DNA of 24,873 nt, taken from positions 1-24,873 of IMG/VR virus record IMGVR_UViG_3300017747_000749. One strand, 5' to 3'. The position numbers and the translations under genes were made by a program. The DNA is from a virus (lineage: Duplodnaviria; Caudoviricetes). A model generated the notes under the pieces. That model made no database searches. It had not been told where the DNA came from and saw only the letters and a program-made list of their open reading frames with translations. Shown here piece after piece: positions 17,140-24,873 of this stretch. Position 1 is the stretch's first letter. The number at the start of each line of letters is the position of its first letter.

Positions 17140-17565
17140 TTAAATTGATAAGATTTGTTTGATGTCTGATTCGTTTCTATCTAAAATTGCGATAGTGTCC
17201 TCAATGTTTGCGGTTAAGTTTACGATTTCTTTTGTTTGTGGAATATCGTTTGGATTTAAACCGACTTCTCTTGCTTGTTTTGATATTTTTTCAATCAAAG
17301 CTACTGCTACTTTAATTTCTTCATTAGCATCATCTCTATCAGCAACCGCACCTAAATAGCCATCTTTTAAATCTCCTTGAACTTTTGCAAATGCAGAAAG
17401 AGCATTGACTGCTTTCTGTGTGGATTTCATAAAAGCACCATCAAGAGCCTTCATTCGGACAACCATTTGTTTAAGGTCATCAATTAAAGCTAATTCTACT
17501 TTGTGCGATTCGAGTTGCACCTCTTCTTTAAAGAGCTTGTTGTAAATTGATTTCTGTGTGTTCAT
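17140..17565 (-). CDS. helical head-region protein (KVELA-type)
   Basis: Similar to 18667..19044 at the N-terminus and in KQAREVG versus KRAKELG. Confidence 0.7.
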   Translation of the reverse strand: MNTQKSIYNKLFKEEVQLESHKVELALIDDLKQMVVRMKALDGAFMKSTQKAVNALSAFAKVQGDLKDGYLGAVADRDDANEEIKVAVALIEKISKQAREVGLNPNDIPQTKEIVNLTANIEDTIAILDRNESDIKQILSI

Positions 17566-17573
17566 ACTATAAT

Positions 17574-17602
17574 AACGTTTTTAGTTTGTGTTGTTGCGTT
17601 TT
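17574..17602 (-). promoter_or_regulatory. putative late promoter AAAAACGCAAC-N16-GTT
   Basis: Same upstream 12-mer and spacing as at 19935-19963. Confidence 0.6.
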
Positions 17603-17616
17603 TATTTTTATGTTTG
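17585..17616 (+). promoter_or_regulatory. host-type promoter TTTG-N20-TATGTTTG
   Basis: Full Bacteroidota -33/-7 consensus. Confidence 0.8.
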
Positions 17617-17630
17617 TCAAAAATTACGCT

Positions 17631-17777
17631 ATGAAAGCAACACAAAAACAAGTAGAACAAGCAAAACATTTTTTAAGCGCAATTTCTATGCTTATAGATA
17701 TGAAAGGAAAGAGTTATTATATGCCGCATATTCATTTGCTTTGGCAGGCTCTTTCGGAAGTAGAAATAGATAATTAA
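17631..17777 (+). CDS. 48-aa hypothetical (moron)
   Basis: MKATQKQVEQ...; follows the promoter; ACGCTATG start. Confidence 0.7.
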   Translation: MKATQKQVEQAKHFLSAISMLIDMKGKSYYMPHIHLLWQALSEVEIDN

Positions 17778-17785
17778 AAAACGCT

Positions 17786-18139
17786 ATGGGATGGACAACA
17801 CATTTTTGGAAGTGCAATAATTGTAATTACGAAACTGTTTACACAAGTAGACAAGCACATCCGAGTAAAAGTCATAAATGCAAAACAATAGAGCGTATGC
17901 AATTTGATATACATACATTTCAAAGAATGGATACTATTCTACATACAGGAGAAAGAGTAAAAGTAACTTGCGGAGACCAATATGAGTATTGGAAAAAAAG
18001 AGTAAATGACCGCATTAAGTACCTAACTCCTTTAATGAATGAAGTAAAAGAAAAAGGATTGAATCTTTGGTGTATATCTAAAGAGTTAAACGAGGAATGG
18101 ATACTGCTAATTGAATCAGTTGAATACCATAATTTTTAA
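17786..18139 (+). CDS. hypothetical protein with N-terminal zinc-finger-like motif (moron)
   Basis: CxxC...HxxxxHxC; ACGCTATG start; followed by terminator. Confidence 0.7.
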   Translation: MGWTTHFWKCNNCNYETVYTSRQAHPSKSHKCKTIERMQFDIHTFQRMDTILHTGERVKVTCGDQYEYWKKRVNDRIKYLTPLMNEVKEKGLNLWCISKELNEEWILLIESVEYHNF

Positions 18140-18144
18140 ATACG

Positions 18145-18179
18145 AAAAAGGGGAGCAGTAAGCATCCCCTTTATTTTTT
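18145..18179. terminator. bidirectional terminator
   Basis: AAAGGGGA...TCCCCTTT stem flanked by A and T tracts between convergent genes. Confidence 0.75.
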
Positions 18180-18192
18180 ATAGTAGTTTATT

Positions 18193-18399
18193 TTATCCGT
18201 TTTGACGTACGATAGTTCTCACTCCGCTTACTTCAGTTGCGGTTACGTTGTTTCCTGTTCCTTCCGTCTTTCCGATGCCTTGTGCCTCTAAACTTCCGTC
18301 ACAACATTTAGTTGAGTATGTTCCGTCTTCACATAGGCAACCTCTTTTGCTACCTGCACGAGGACTTGCTTTACTTGGTGTTTTAAATTTGTCTTTCAT
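18193..18399 (-). CDS. small basic Cys-rich head-region protein
   Basis: RGCLCEDGTYSTKCCDGSL; start revised to MKDKFK. Confidence 0.7.
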   Translation of the reverse strand: MKDKFKTPSKASPRAGSKRGCLCEDGTYSTKCCDGSLEAQGIGKTEGTGNNVTATEVSGVRTIVRQNG

Positions 18400-18425
18400 T
18401 TGTACGTGTTTTTGTAAAATATTAT

Positions 18426-18433
18426 TATATTTG
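18426..18433 (+). promoter_or_regulatory. -7 element TATATTTG
   Basis: 20 nt upstream of ATG 18454. Confidence 0.65.
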
Positions 18434-18453
18434 AGTATAATTAATTTAATCAT

Positions 18454-18675
18454 ATGGAATCAAAACAATTATTTCTAGGCGTGCTTCCTCATTGGAATCC
18501 TAATAATTCATATTTATTATTTGAGAAGATAATTGGAGAAACGTCATACGGAAGAATATTTACACGCTATAAAGTAGTTAAAAGATGGTCTGCTCAAGGT
18601 TGGGGAGAAGAAGGTATATTTACTGATTCACTTGTTGGAATTGAATACACCCCATCTGAGATTATTTTACTTTAA
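18454..18675 (+). CDS. hypothetical protein (moron)
   Basis: Own promoter; occupies a gap in the minus-strand gene run. Confidence 0.65.
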   Translation: MESKQLFLGVLPHWNPNNSYLLFEKIIGETSYGRIFTRYKVVKRWSAQGWGEEGIFTDSLVGIEYTPSEIILL

Positions 18676-19044
18676 AGCCGATGCAATATCAGTTACATAC
18701 TTTACACCTCTATACAAATCGTCTAATTCTTTTTTTGACTGAACATATGTTTTAGATTGGCTTGTGTCAAAACCTAATTCTTTTGCTCTTTTTTCAAAGT
18801 CAATTAAAGCTCCATCAAGGTTAGAAATTAATTTTATAGCTTTATCTTCTTTTTGTTTTAAAACCTGTTTTAAGGCATTGACTCTACCTGCCGTGTCTCC
18901 CAATAAATCATTAGCCAACGATACTGCATCTGCAAATAATTTATTCAAATCTTCTGCTTTTGCAAGTTCAATTTTTTCTGAAGATAAATTTACTTCCTCT
19001 GCGTTACGCTCCATCTGAGCGATTTTGTTTAAGATATTGTTCAT
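18667..19044 (-). CDS. helical head-region protein (KIELA-type)
   Basis: 3 nt after protease gene; similar to 17140..17565. Confidence 0.7.
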   Translation of the reverse strand: MNNILNKIAQMERNAEEVNLSSEKIELAKAEDLNKLFADAVSLANDLLGDTAGRVNALKQVLKQKEDKAIKLISNLDGALIDFEKRAKELGFDTSQSKTYVQSKKELDDLYRGVKYVTDIASALK

Positions 19045-19047
19045 AGT

Positions 19048-19926
19048 TTATTTGTTTCTAATTTGTTCTAATTTACGTTGCGCCCAAGCTACACCCTCAT
19101 CGCCTCCCCAAGCTAACCAAGCGAGTCTGCCGCATCCGTCTCCGAGTTCTTTGTCAGAGTTTTGGCGGTGTCTCTCAAAGGCAGCCATTCGAGCGATTGT
19201 TTCTTCAGAAATAGCCTCTCCGTTTGCGAGTTGGTTTGCACGAGCCTTGCCAGTTGCAGTAAGGCAATCACCCCATCCATTTTCCTCAGCGTATCTAATA
19301 GCAATCTTTGCGTTCTCTTTAGCGGCTTCAGGATAGTCCGTGTATGATTCGAGTTTGAGTAAGTCTCTAAGTTGCTCGATAAGGTCTTGCTTTTTCTTTT
19401 GCTCTAATGACATTTCTAACTTGTCAGCGAAGTAACCCTCGATTGAGAAGCCTTTAACCTTGCCTGCTTTGACGTCATTCCACACCTCATCGTTATCGAC
19501 TTTCATAGAAATCATCCAAGTTCCTTTTGGTAAGCTAAAGCCATACTTCTTAGATTTATCGTGTACTTCGTCTTCAATCAACCAAGACTCAACAACGGTC
19601 ATTCCTTTGACTGCGTCCTTGTGTTCGTAGGTAGCGTTGGATTGGTTTCCGTTTTTAAAGAATAACTCCATAGCTTGGCGCACGGTGTCCTCCGAGAAGT
19701 AGATGTAGTATTCCTCTTTCTTTGCGTTTACACGATAGATTTTCTTGTTAGGGATAAGAGCAGCACCCATTAGGATACGCTTCTCTGCGTTTACTTCTTT
19801 GAGTTCTACTTCGTGTTTTGATAGTGCGATAAAGTTCTCCTCAATCGCAGGAGATTCGACTACACTCACGGCATCTATTCCGCTTTGTGAGTCCTTTTCG
19901 TCAATGATTAATTCGATAACTTGCAT
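19048..19926 (-). CDS. prohead protease (XkdF-like serine protease) with extra C-terminal domain
   Basis: EH, VESW, PKGTW and GKVKGFSIEG motifs. Confidence 0.8.
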   Translation of the reverse strand: MQVIELIIDEKDSQSGIDAVSVVESPAIEENFIALSKHEVELKEVNAEKRILMGAALIPNKKIYRVNAKKEEYYIYFSEDTVRQAMELFFKNGNQSNATYEHKDAVKGMTVVESWLIEDEVHDKSKKYGFSLPKGTWMISMKVDNDEVWNDVKAGKVKGFSIEGYFADKLEMSLEQKKKQDLIEQLRDLLKLESYTDYPEAAKENAKIAIRYAEENGWGDCLTATGKARANQLANGEAISEETIARMAAFERHRQNSDKELGDGCGRLAWLAWGGDEGVAWAQRKLEQIRNK

Positions 19927-19934
19927 ATCTATTC

Positions 19935-19963
19935 AACTTTAAAATGTTATAATGTTGCGTTTT
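19935..19963 (-). promoter_or_regulatory. putative late promoter AAAAACGCAAC-N16-GTT
   Basis: Matches 17574-17602; overlaps the 3' end of the tape-measure gene. Confidence 0.6.
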
Positions 19964-21716
19964 TGATTCGGTTGCGGTCAAGTGCTTGAGCAGATGTAAC
20001 CTCTCCTGAAACTACGAATGCTTGTACTGGCGTTTGCTGAATTTGAGCGAGCTGATTCATACCTGAGTTACCTACTACATTGAAAGATGGAGACATAGAC
20101 GGTGTTGAGCCACCGCTACCACCACCAAGACTACCCGATGGAGAAGGAGAGCCACCGCCCTCAAACTTAGTTTTAGCGATTCCTGCAATTTGCAAGGCAG
20201 CAAAACCTCCTGCAATACTTGCGGCAATAGATTTTAATACAATACCACCTTTAGTTTCTGCAAACGTAGATAACACTGCGTTATAACCATCCATTGTAGC
20301 TGATGCAATATTAGCAGCCTTACGAATGTTAAATGCTCTTTTCTGACGCTTAACGTCTTCTCCTGCATTCATTTCTGCAATACTTGCAATTAGGTCAAGT
20401 CCTTTGATTGATAACTCTACCGATGTTTTTAAATTCTCTTTAAACTTACGTTGCTTTTCCGCTTCCGCCTCTTCAGTTTCTTTGATTCGTGCTAACTCAG
20501 CATCCGTTAAATCTTGTTGAAGTTGTAATTGTGCATCAAGAATTGATTGGTCGTATGCTTTTTGGTCTTCTATGTCTTTTTCCCTTTGTTCAGCTTTTTG
20601 ATTGTTCCAATCAGTCCATCCCTCATCCATATCGGCTATAGATTCGTCAAAAGCCTTAACAGTACCATCAAAAGCTTTTGCATCAAGCTCTTGTTGCTCT
20701 TTGATTCGCTCTCTCCTTTTTTCTATTCGTTGATATTGTATGTCAGCTTCTTTTTCCTCAATAGCTAATCTTTGCTCAGTAACTCTTTGTGCTGAATCTA
20801 AATATGCCTTTTCTGCTGCTTCAAATTCTTTTGTACTTCCTGATTTAGACTTTTGTAAATAAACTCTTTTTAAAGCTTCTTCTTCTCTTTTTAGTGTTTC
20901 TAATCTATCTTTAGCTCCGTCTAATTCGATTTTATCTAATTCAGCTTGACTTGCTCCTCGTTTTTTGGCATTAGCAATATCCTGTCTAACACGATTATCT
21001 ATTGTCAAAGACACTTTTTCAGTAAGTTCTCTTTGAGACTCTAATCTTTTATTAGTTTTTTCAAGTTGGTCATCAAGTTTCTTTTGTTGCTCTTCTGCGT
21101 CTTCAGTAGAAGACGAAAATAAACCCATTGCATTAGCAGCAAATCCTAACGCTACAACAAGTGCGCCTACACCAGTAGTAATTAATGCTCCTTTAAGAGT
21201 AGTTAGAGCAGTAATTGCTTGTGTTTTAATAGCAGTACCAAACGCAGTAATTGCAGGAATGGCTTCTCTCACTCCCTGAACACCTTGTGAAATTGCCATT
21301 GCAGATTGAACTTTCAATAACAATTTTTCTACCTGCTCTGATTCCGCTCCAAACGTACCCATCACGCCCTGCATCAATTCAAATCCTGCAGTTGCACCGC
21401 CTAAAGCACCACCAAGTTTTTGAGCCATTGTAGTAGCCGCAGCATCTACCGCCATATCAGTCTGAATCTGAACCTTACGATAGTTACCAACAGTCTCTAA
21501 TAAGTCCTGATATTCTTTAGTTGCGGTTTGTCCTGCGTTGGCTAACTCATATAAGCGGTCTTCCGCCTCACCCATACGAGTTGTAAGAGGTTGTAAGTCG
21601 CCATATACCTCCTCGAAACTTGCAGAGACATCGTGAGTAGCTTTAGCGAGGTCATCCATCGCCTTAGTTGCGCCTTTGGTGTCTACGTTTATTTGTATGT
21701 TTTTAACCTCTGCCAT
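19947..21716 (-). CDS. tape-measure-like protein
   Basis: Long helical protein alternating A/G-rich hydrophobic and charged coiled-coil segments. Confidence 0.7.
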   Translation of the reverse strand: MAEVKNIQINVDTKGATKAMDDLAKATHDVSASFEEVYGDLQPLTTRMGEAEDRLYELANAGQTATKEYQDLLETVGNYRKVQIQTDMAVDAAATTMAQKLGGALGGATAGFELMQGVMGTFGAESEQVEKLLLKVQSAMAISQGVQGVREAIPAITAFGTAIKTQAITALTTLKGALITTGVGALVVALGFAANAMGLFSSSTEDAEEQQKKLDDQLEKTNKRLESQRELTEKVSLTIDNRVRQDIANAKKRGASQAELDKIELDGAKDRLETLKREEEALKRVYLQKSKSGSTKEFEAAEKAYLDSAQRVTEQRLAIEEKEADIQYQRIEKRRERIKEQQELDAKAFDGTVKAFDESIADMDEGWTDWNNQKAEQREKDIEDQKAYDQSILDAQLQLQQDLTDAELARIKETEEAEAEKQRKFKENLKTSVELSIKGLDLIASIAEMNAGEDVKRQKRAFNIRKAANIASATMDGYNAVLSTFAETKGGIVLKSIAASIAGGFAALQIAGIAKTKFEGGGSPSPSGSLGGGSGGSTPSMSPSFNVVGNSGMNQLAQIQQTPVQAFVVSGEVTSAQALDRNRIKNATL

Positions 21717-21864
21717 TTCGTTTGTTTATGAGTTCTCTTTTACCTTGTTTAATTGCTTTCTTCAGAGACGTGTGTAGCTTGTATTTACCCTTTGCGATGT
21801 CTATGGCTTCCGTGTTTCCGTAGAAGTCATCTAACTGCAGCATTGCGACTATTTGTTGTATCAT
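21703..21864 (-). CDS. 53-aa hypothetical upstream of tape measure
   Basis: Read by hand: MIQQIVAMLQLDDFYGNTEAIDIAKGKYKLHTSLKKAIKQGKRELINKRNGRG; overlaps both neighbours. Confidence 0.7.
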   Translation of the reverse strand: MIQQIVAMLQLDDFYGNTEAIDIAKGKYKLHTSLKKAIKQGKRELINKRNGRG

Positions 21865-24131
21865 TGGAATATGTTAAAAAATTCTTCACTTGTTGAACCA
21901 TCCGTGTAGGAGTAAGTAATACGAATTGTATACACCGTGCCTGCTGAGCCTGAAGGGATACCTATCTGAATTATCTGCGAACTTTCTACGGGATTTACTG
22001 AAAAGGTAACGTTTGTGTCCGTGCAAGATAGATTAGCCTCGTAAGAATCGTTTGGCAGGTTGATTGGATAGTTTACATTACCTCCTTCAGTTCCTGTTTT
22101 AGGTTGTGGGATAGTTGAATTTATAATCGGTCTGAAATCTAAAATCAACTGAAAATCTACATCACCAGTATTTAGGTTAGATTTCATTTCGTTAATTATG
22201 TAACGCTTATCTCGAATGATTAGCCTATCGTTTAGCTGAAGGTTTGTAAGTAGGCTTGTAGGTAGGTTCGTCTTTACATTGACTAATCGTTGCTTCAGAT
22301 TGTAAAGGTTGTAAAGGTATGAAAAGTAATACTGACTGAACTGCGTATTTTGTACAGGATAATTGAGCATCGTTGATGTCTCAGGAGCAAAGTTTAGCGT
22401 TATGTCCGAATTGTTAAAAAACAAGTCTTGCCCGAATGGTGTGTAGGTTGTGATTGTTGAATGACCACCACCATCATTGACAAACTTAAAATCTGTTACT
22501 TGGTTGTCATATTGGTAAAATAAAACAGGCTTGGGTACGTATGGCGAAAATTCTCCGTTAAGCGAGTAGCCTAATTGTATGTCTTGCGTTCCGTTGTATT
22601 TAGTTTGTAGCAAGTTTTCAAAAGGAACTTCAATAGTGAACTCACCGCCATCGTAGTTATACTGGTAAGTCGTGTCTCCGTAGTTTCGGTTGTACGTTTG
22701 AGAGAAGTTCTTGTTTAAAAAGCACTCGGAATCTGTAAACTTAAATTGTATTTTTTTGTAAAGTGGCATACGCTCCATCTCGATGGAAGTTATGTCAGTA
22801 TATTGCGAAATGTCTACGACTGCTCCTTTTGAATACCAATCATCTAACGGCTCTAACCAATACTCGTTATCCTTAACTGAGTAAATGGTCATATTGAACA
22901 TCAGCATAATTCCTTTTAAGAAATCTGCTATCTTCATTACGGGAGCGTTGGCGGATAGGTCTAATTGTAAGGATGTAGCTAAAGACGAATAAGTTACCGT
23001 TAGGTAGTCCGTGTTTACAGAGCCTGTTGTTATGTAGTCAACTTCATAAACTAAATTAGAGCCTATTGTGTTTGTTCCTGTAGTTCGTATTTTGATAGTG
23101 TAGTCAACATCCAATCCTACCACCTGAGCAATATCTGCAATTGTGTAAGTGCCAGTTCCGAAACCTGTTATTGTGTTATATAAGTTTCCATTTTGGTAAA
23201 TGTCGATAAAGTAATCGTCTGAGCTTGTAGTTGACGTAATATTATAAACTAATCGGTGTGTAATTACACCTGCGAGTTCGATAAAGTTTACCGTGTTAGT
23301 TGCGGATGTGTAGCGTTGTGTTAAATCGTAATTCGTAAACGTAGGAACAACAGAAGTAGAAGTTAGCGAGTAGCCGTAAGAAGTTTTTACAAGAGTTTCC
23401 TTTCCCTTGAACCATAAGAACAATTTAGTAAATCGCTCATCAGTTAAAAATGTGCCATTGAATGTGATTCCGTATTTCGCTTCGATGGCTTCAAGAATCT
23501 TAGTAACTCGCACCGCAGGGAATAATTCGTCTTTGTTTATCGCTCCTGAAGTGGTGTGAATATCGTTTTGAGTTAAGACGTTGACCAACCAGTTAGGGAA
23601 AGGTACATTAACAGGAATGCTTTGATACTCCCAAATGCGATTAGACGTGATTAGCGGGTACTTTACATCGTAAGCATTGGTATTGTCTTGGATGCGAGTA
23701 ATAACTTGCGCAGAAGTAAAATTGTGCGATAATGCCGTATAGTTCAAATCAGACAGTAAATCCTCTCCGAACAAATCTTTAAGCGTTACGCCTTCTCCAA
23801 AGAAAGTTATTTTATAAGCCGATGGTTTTCCGTTTGTGATTACTGCTCCGTCAAGTTGTATCTTACCTTTTCTGAATGTAGTTAAGTCGATTTCTATAAA
23901 TCCGTCTTTGCGTAGGTTCGGGTCAGTAGTTGCGTTGACATCTGATTGATACCAATGCTCAAAGATTGCGTTATTGTGAGAACTGGCAGGTACGGTAAAT
24001 CCCTGCGAAAAGTCCGTATAGGTTTTGGATAGGTCTTGTACGTTTTGAATTGACGATGTTACGTTGATAGTCTCATCGTTGAAGAGTTCAATGCGCTGAC
24101 CTTCGATGTATAGTTGTACGCTCCTGTTCAT
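21861..24131 (-). CDS. tail tip / hub-like structural protein
   Basis: 756 aa, beta-rich; N-terminal LYIEG..IELF..FSQGFTVPAS..NN motif. Confidence 0.65.
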   Translation of the reverse strand: MNRSVQLYIEGQRIELFNDETINVTSSIQNVQDLSKTYTDFSQGFTVPASSHNNAIFEHWYQSDVNATTDPNLRKDGFIEIDLTTFRKGKIQLDGAVITNGKPSAYKITFFGEGVTLKDLFGEDLLSDLNYTALSHNFTSAQVITRIQDNTNAYDVKYPLITSNRIWEYQSIPVNVPFPNWLVNVLTQNDIHTTSGAINKDELFPAVRVTKILEAIEAKYGITFNGTFLTDERFTKLFLWFKGKETLVKTSYGYSLTSTSVVPTFTNYDLTQRYTSATNTVNFIELAGVITHRLVYNITSTTSSDDYFIDIYQNGNLYNTITGFGTGTYTIADIAQVVGLDVDYTIKIRTTGTNTIGSNLVYEVDYITTGSVNTDYLTVTYSSLATSLQLDLSANAPVMKIADFLKGIMLMFNMTIYSVKDNEYWLEPLDDWYSKGAVVDISQYTDITSIEMERMPLYKKIQFKFTDSECFLNKNFSQTYNRNYGDTTYQYNYDGGEFTIEVPFENLLQTKYNGTQDIQLGYSLNGEFSPYVPKPVLFYQYDNQVTDFKFVNDGGGHSTITTYTPFGQDLFFNNSDITLNFAPETSTMLNYPVQNTQFSQYYFSYLYNLYNLKQRLVNVKTNLPTSLLTNLQLNDRLIIRDKRYIINEMKSNLNTGDVDFQLILDFRPIINSTIPQPKTGTEGGNVNYPINLPNDSYEANLSCTDTNVTFSVNPVESSQIIQIGIPSGSAGTVYTIRITYSYTDGSTSEEFFNIFQ

Positions 24132-24873
24132 TACACTACTGAATTGATTGTATCGTATGCGTATTCAAATTCCATCTCGTAGCTAATCAAAGACGAGTTG
24201 ATTGATTTCTTTAGGTCTACGGATTTAGTATTGAGCTTGGCAGCCTTCTTGTCAATCAAGATTCTTTCGCTTAACATCATTTGCTTAATAACCTCATTAA
24301 AGCTCTCAGATACCCAATCGGTATTTACTCGGATGGTTTCCTTTCCGTTGGCGTTGAAGACCTTTCTCTGACCTTCTTTAGTGTCGTATGCAGGGTAGGT
24401 ATTAGGCATCAAATTATACTCCGTGTTTTCAACGCTCAATCCGTTGTAAGATGCTTTGAAAAACCATTCACGTTGCCAAGCACCAAACTTGTTTACAAAG
24501 TCAATTTGAACTGGTGTGTATTTACATTCTTCTTTAGGTACAAACGTAGCCGTGTATAAAACTGCGCCTGCACCTGTAACTATTTCTAATTTATTTCCTA
24601 CTGCAGCATATGAAGCATAAACTCTTGGAACATCACGCCATACGTTGTTAGTTAATCCCGTAGTATTGGTTGCACCTGTAGATAGATTCGTGTATTTGAC
24701 CGAGTTGCCACTACCAGTATAAAGCGTGAGCCATCCGTACTCGCCACCTAAATCATAGTTGTAAGTGTATGTAGATGAACTAAGCAAGTAGTTACCCAAA
24801 GCAGGATTAGAACCATCCAAATAGAATCCGTAGCCATCTAAGCCAAAGTGTGTTTGCGTAGAACCTACCTGAA
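24131..24873 (-). CDS. tail structural protein, 5' end outside window
   Basis: Frame stays open from 24820 to the edge; F.NKFGAW motif. Confidence 0.65.
   Translation of the reverse strand, partial: QVGSTQTHFGLDGYGFYLDGSNPALGNYLLSSSTYTYNYDLGGEYGWLTLYTGSGNSVKYTNLSTGATNTTGLTNNVWRDVPRVYASYAAVGNKLEIVTGAGAVLYTATFVPKEECKYTPVQIDFVNKFGAWQREWFFKASYNGLSVENTEYNLMPNTYPAYDTKEGQRKVFNANGKETIRVNTDWVSESFNEVIKQMMLSERILIDKKAAKLNTKSVDLKKSINSSLISYEMEFEYAYDTINSVV

Noticed and set aside
7028-19304. Same-strand nested ORFs (long form of 6953..7258, 8188..8427, 12786..12998, 17588..17773, 19113..19304)
   Set aside because: Alternate frames inside better-supported genes
2886-24559. Most plus-strand ORFs in the track (e.g. 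2886, 3911, 8915, 10604, 16218, 16539, 19025, 20080, 24281)
   Set aside because: Antisense shadows of well-supported minus-strand genes, without promoters or motifs
1-24873. CRISPR array, tRNA, integrase, reverse transcriptase/DGR, stop-codon recoding
   Set aside because: No spaced repeats, cloverleaf or relevant motifs seen by eye; genes tile cleanly under the standard code using all three stops

Overview
A roughly 25 kb segment of a tailed dsDNA phage genome, probably infecting a Bacteroidota (Flavobacterium-like) host, judged from TAnnTTTG promoters, A-rich start contexts without Shine-Dalgarno sites and low GC. Nearly all genes are on the minus strand. In transcription order they are: tail and tape-measure genes, prohead protease, scaffold, major capsid, tail-tube-like protein, portal, adaptor, fibre, a lysis cassette (holin, M15 endolysin, HNH endonuclease, u-spanin), a metallophosphoesterase, then an early replication/recombination region (DnaA-C HTH, replication initiator, helicase, Mom-like modifier, NinG, ERF, YqaJ, SSB-like). 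Protein calls come from motif recognition only, with no database search. The most striking signals are non-coding. (1) The motif ACGCTATG spans the start codons of five early or accessory genes. Its exact antisense sits just 5' of two terminator hairpins, one with its own promoter, suggesting a phage small-RNA system that blocks translation of several genes. (2) A promoter-linked kissing-loop RNA with a terminator lies upstream of the replication genes. (3) ECF-like late promoters have a fixed spacing to the ATG. (4) Several head-region proteins share an N-terminal leader and a (V/I)EL(A/S) motif resembling a capsid-targeting or cleavage signal.
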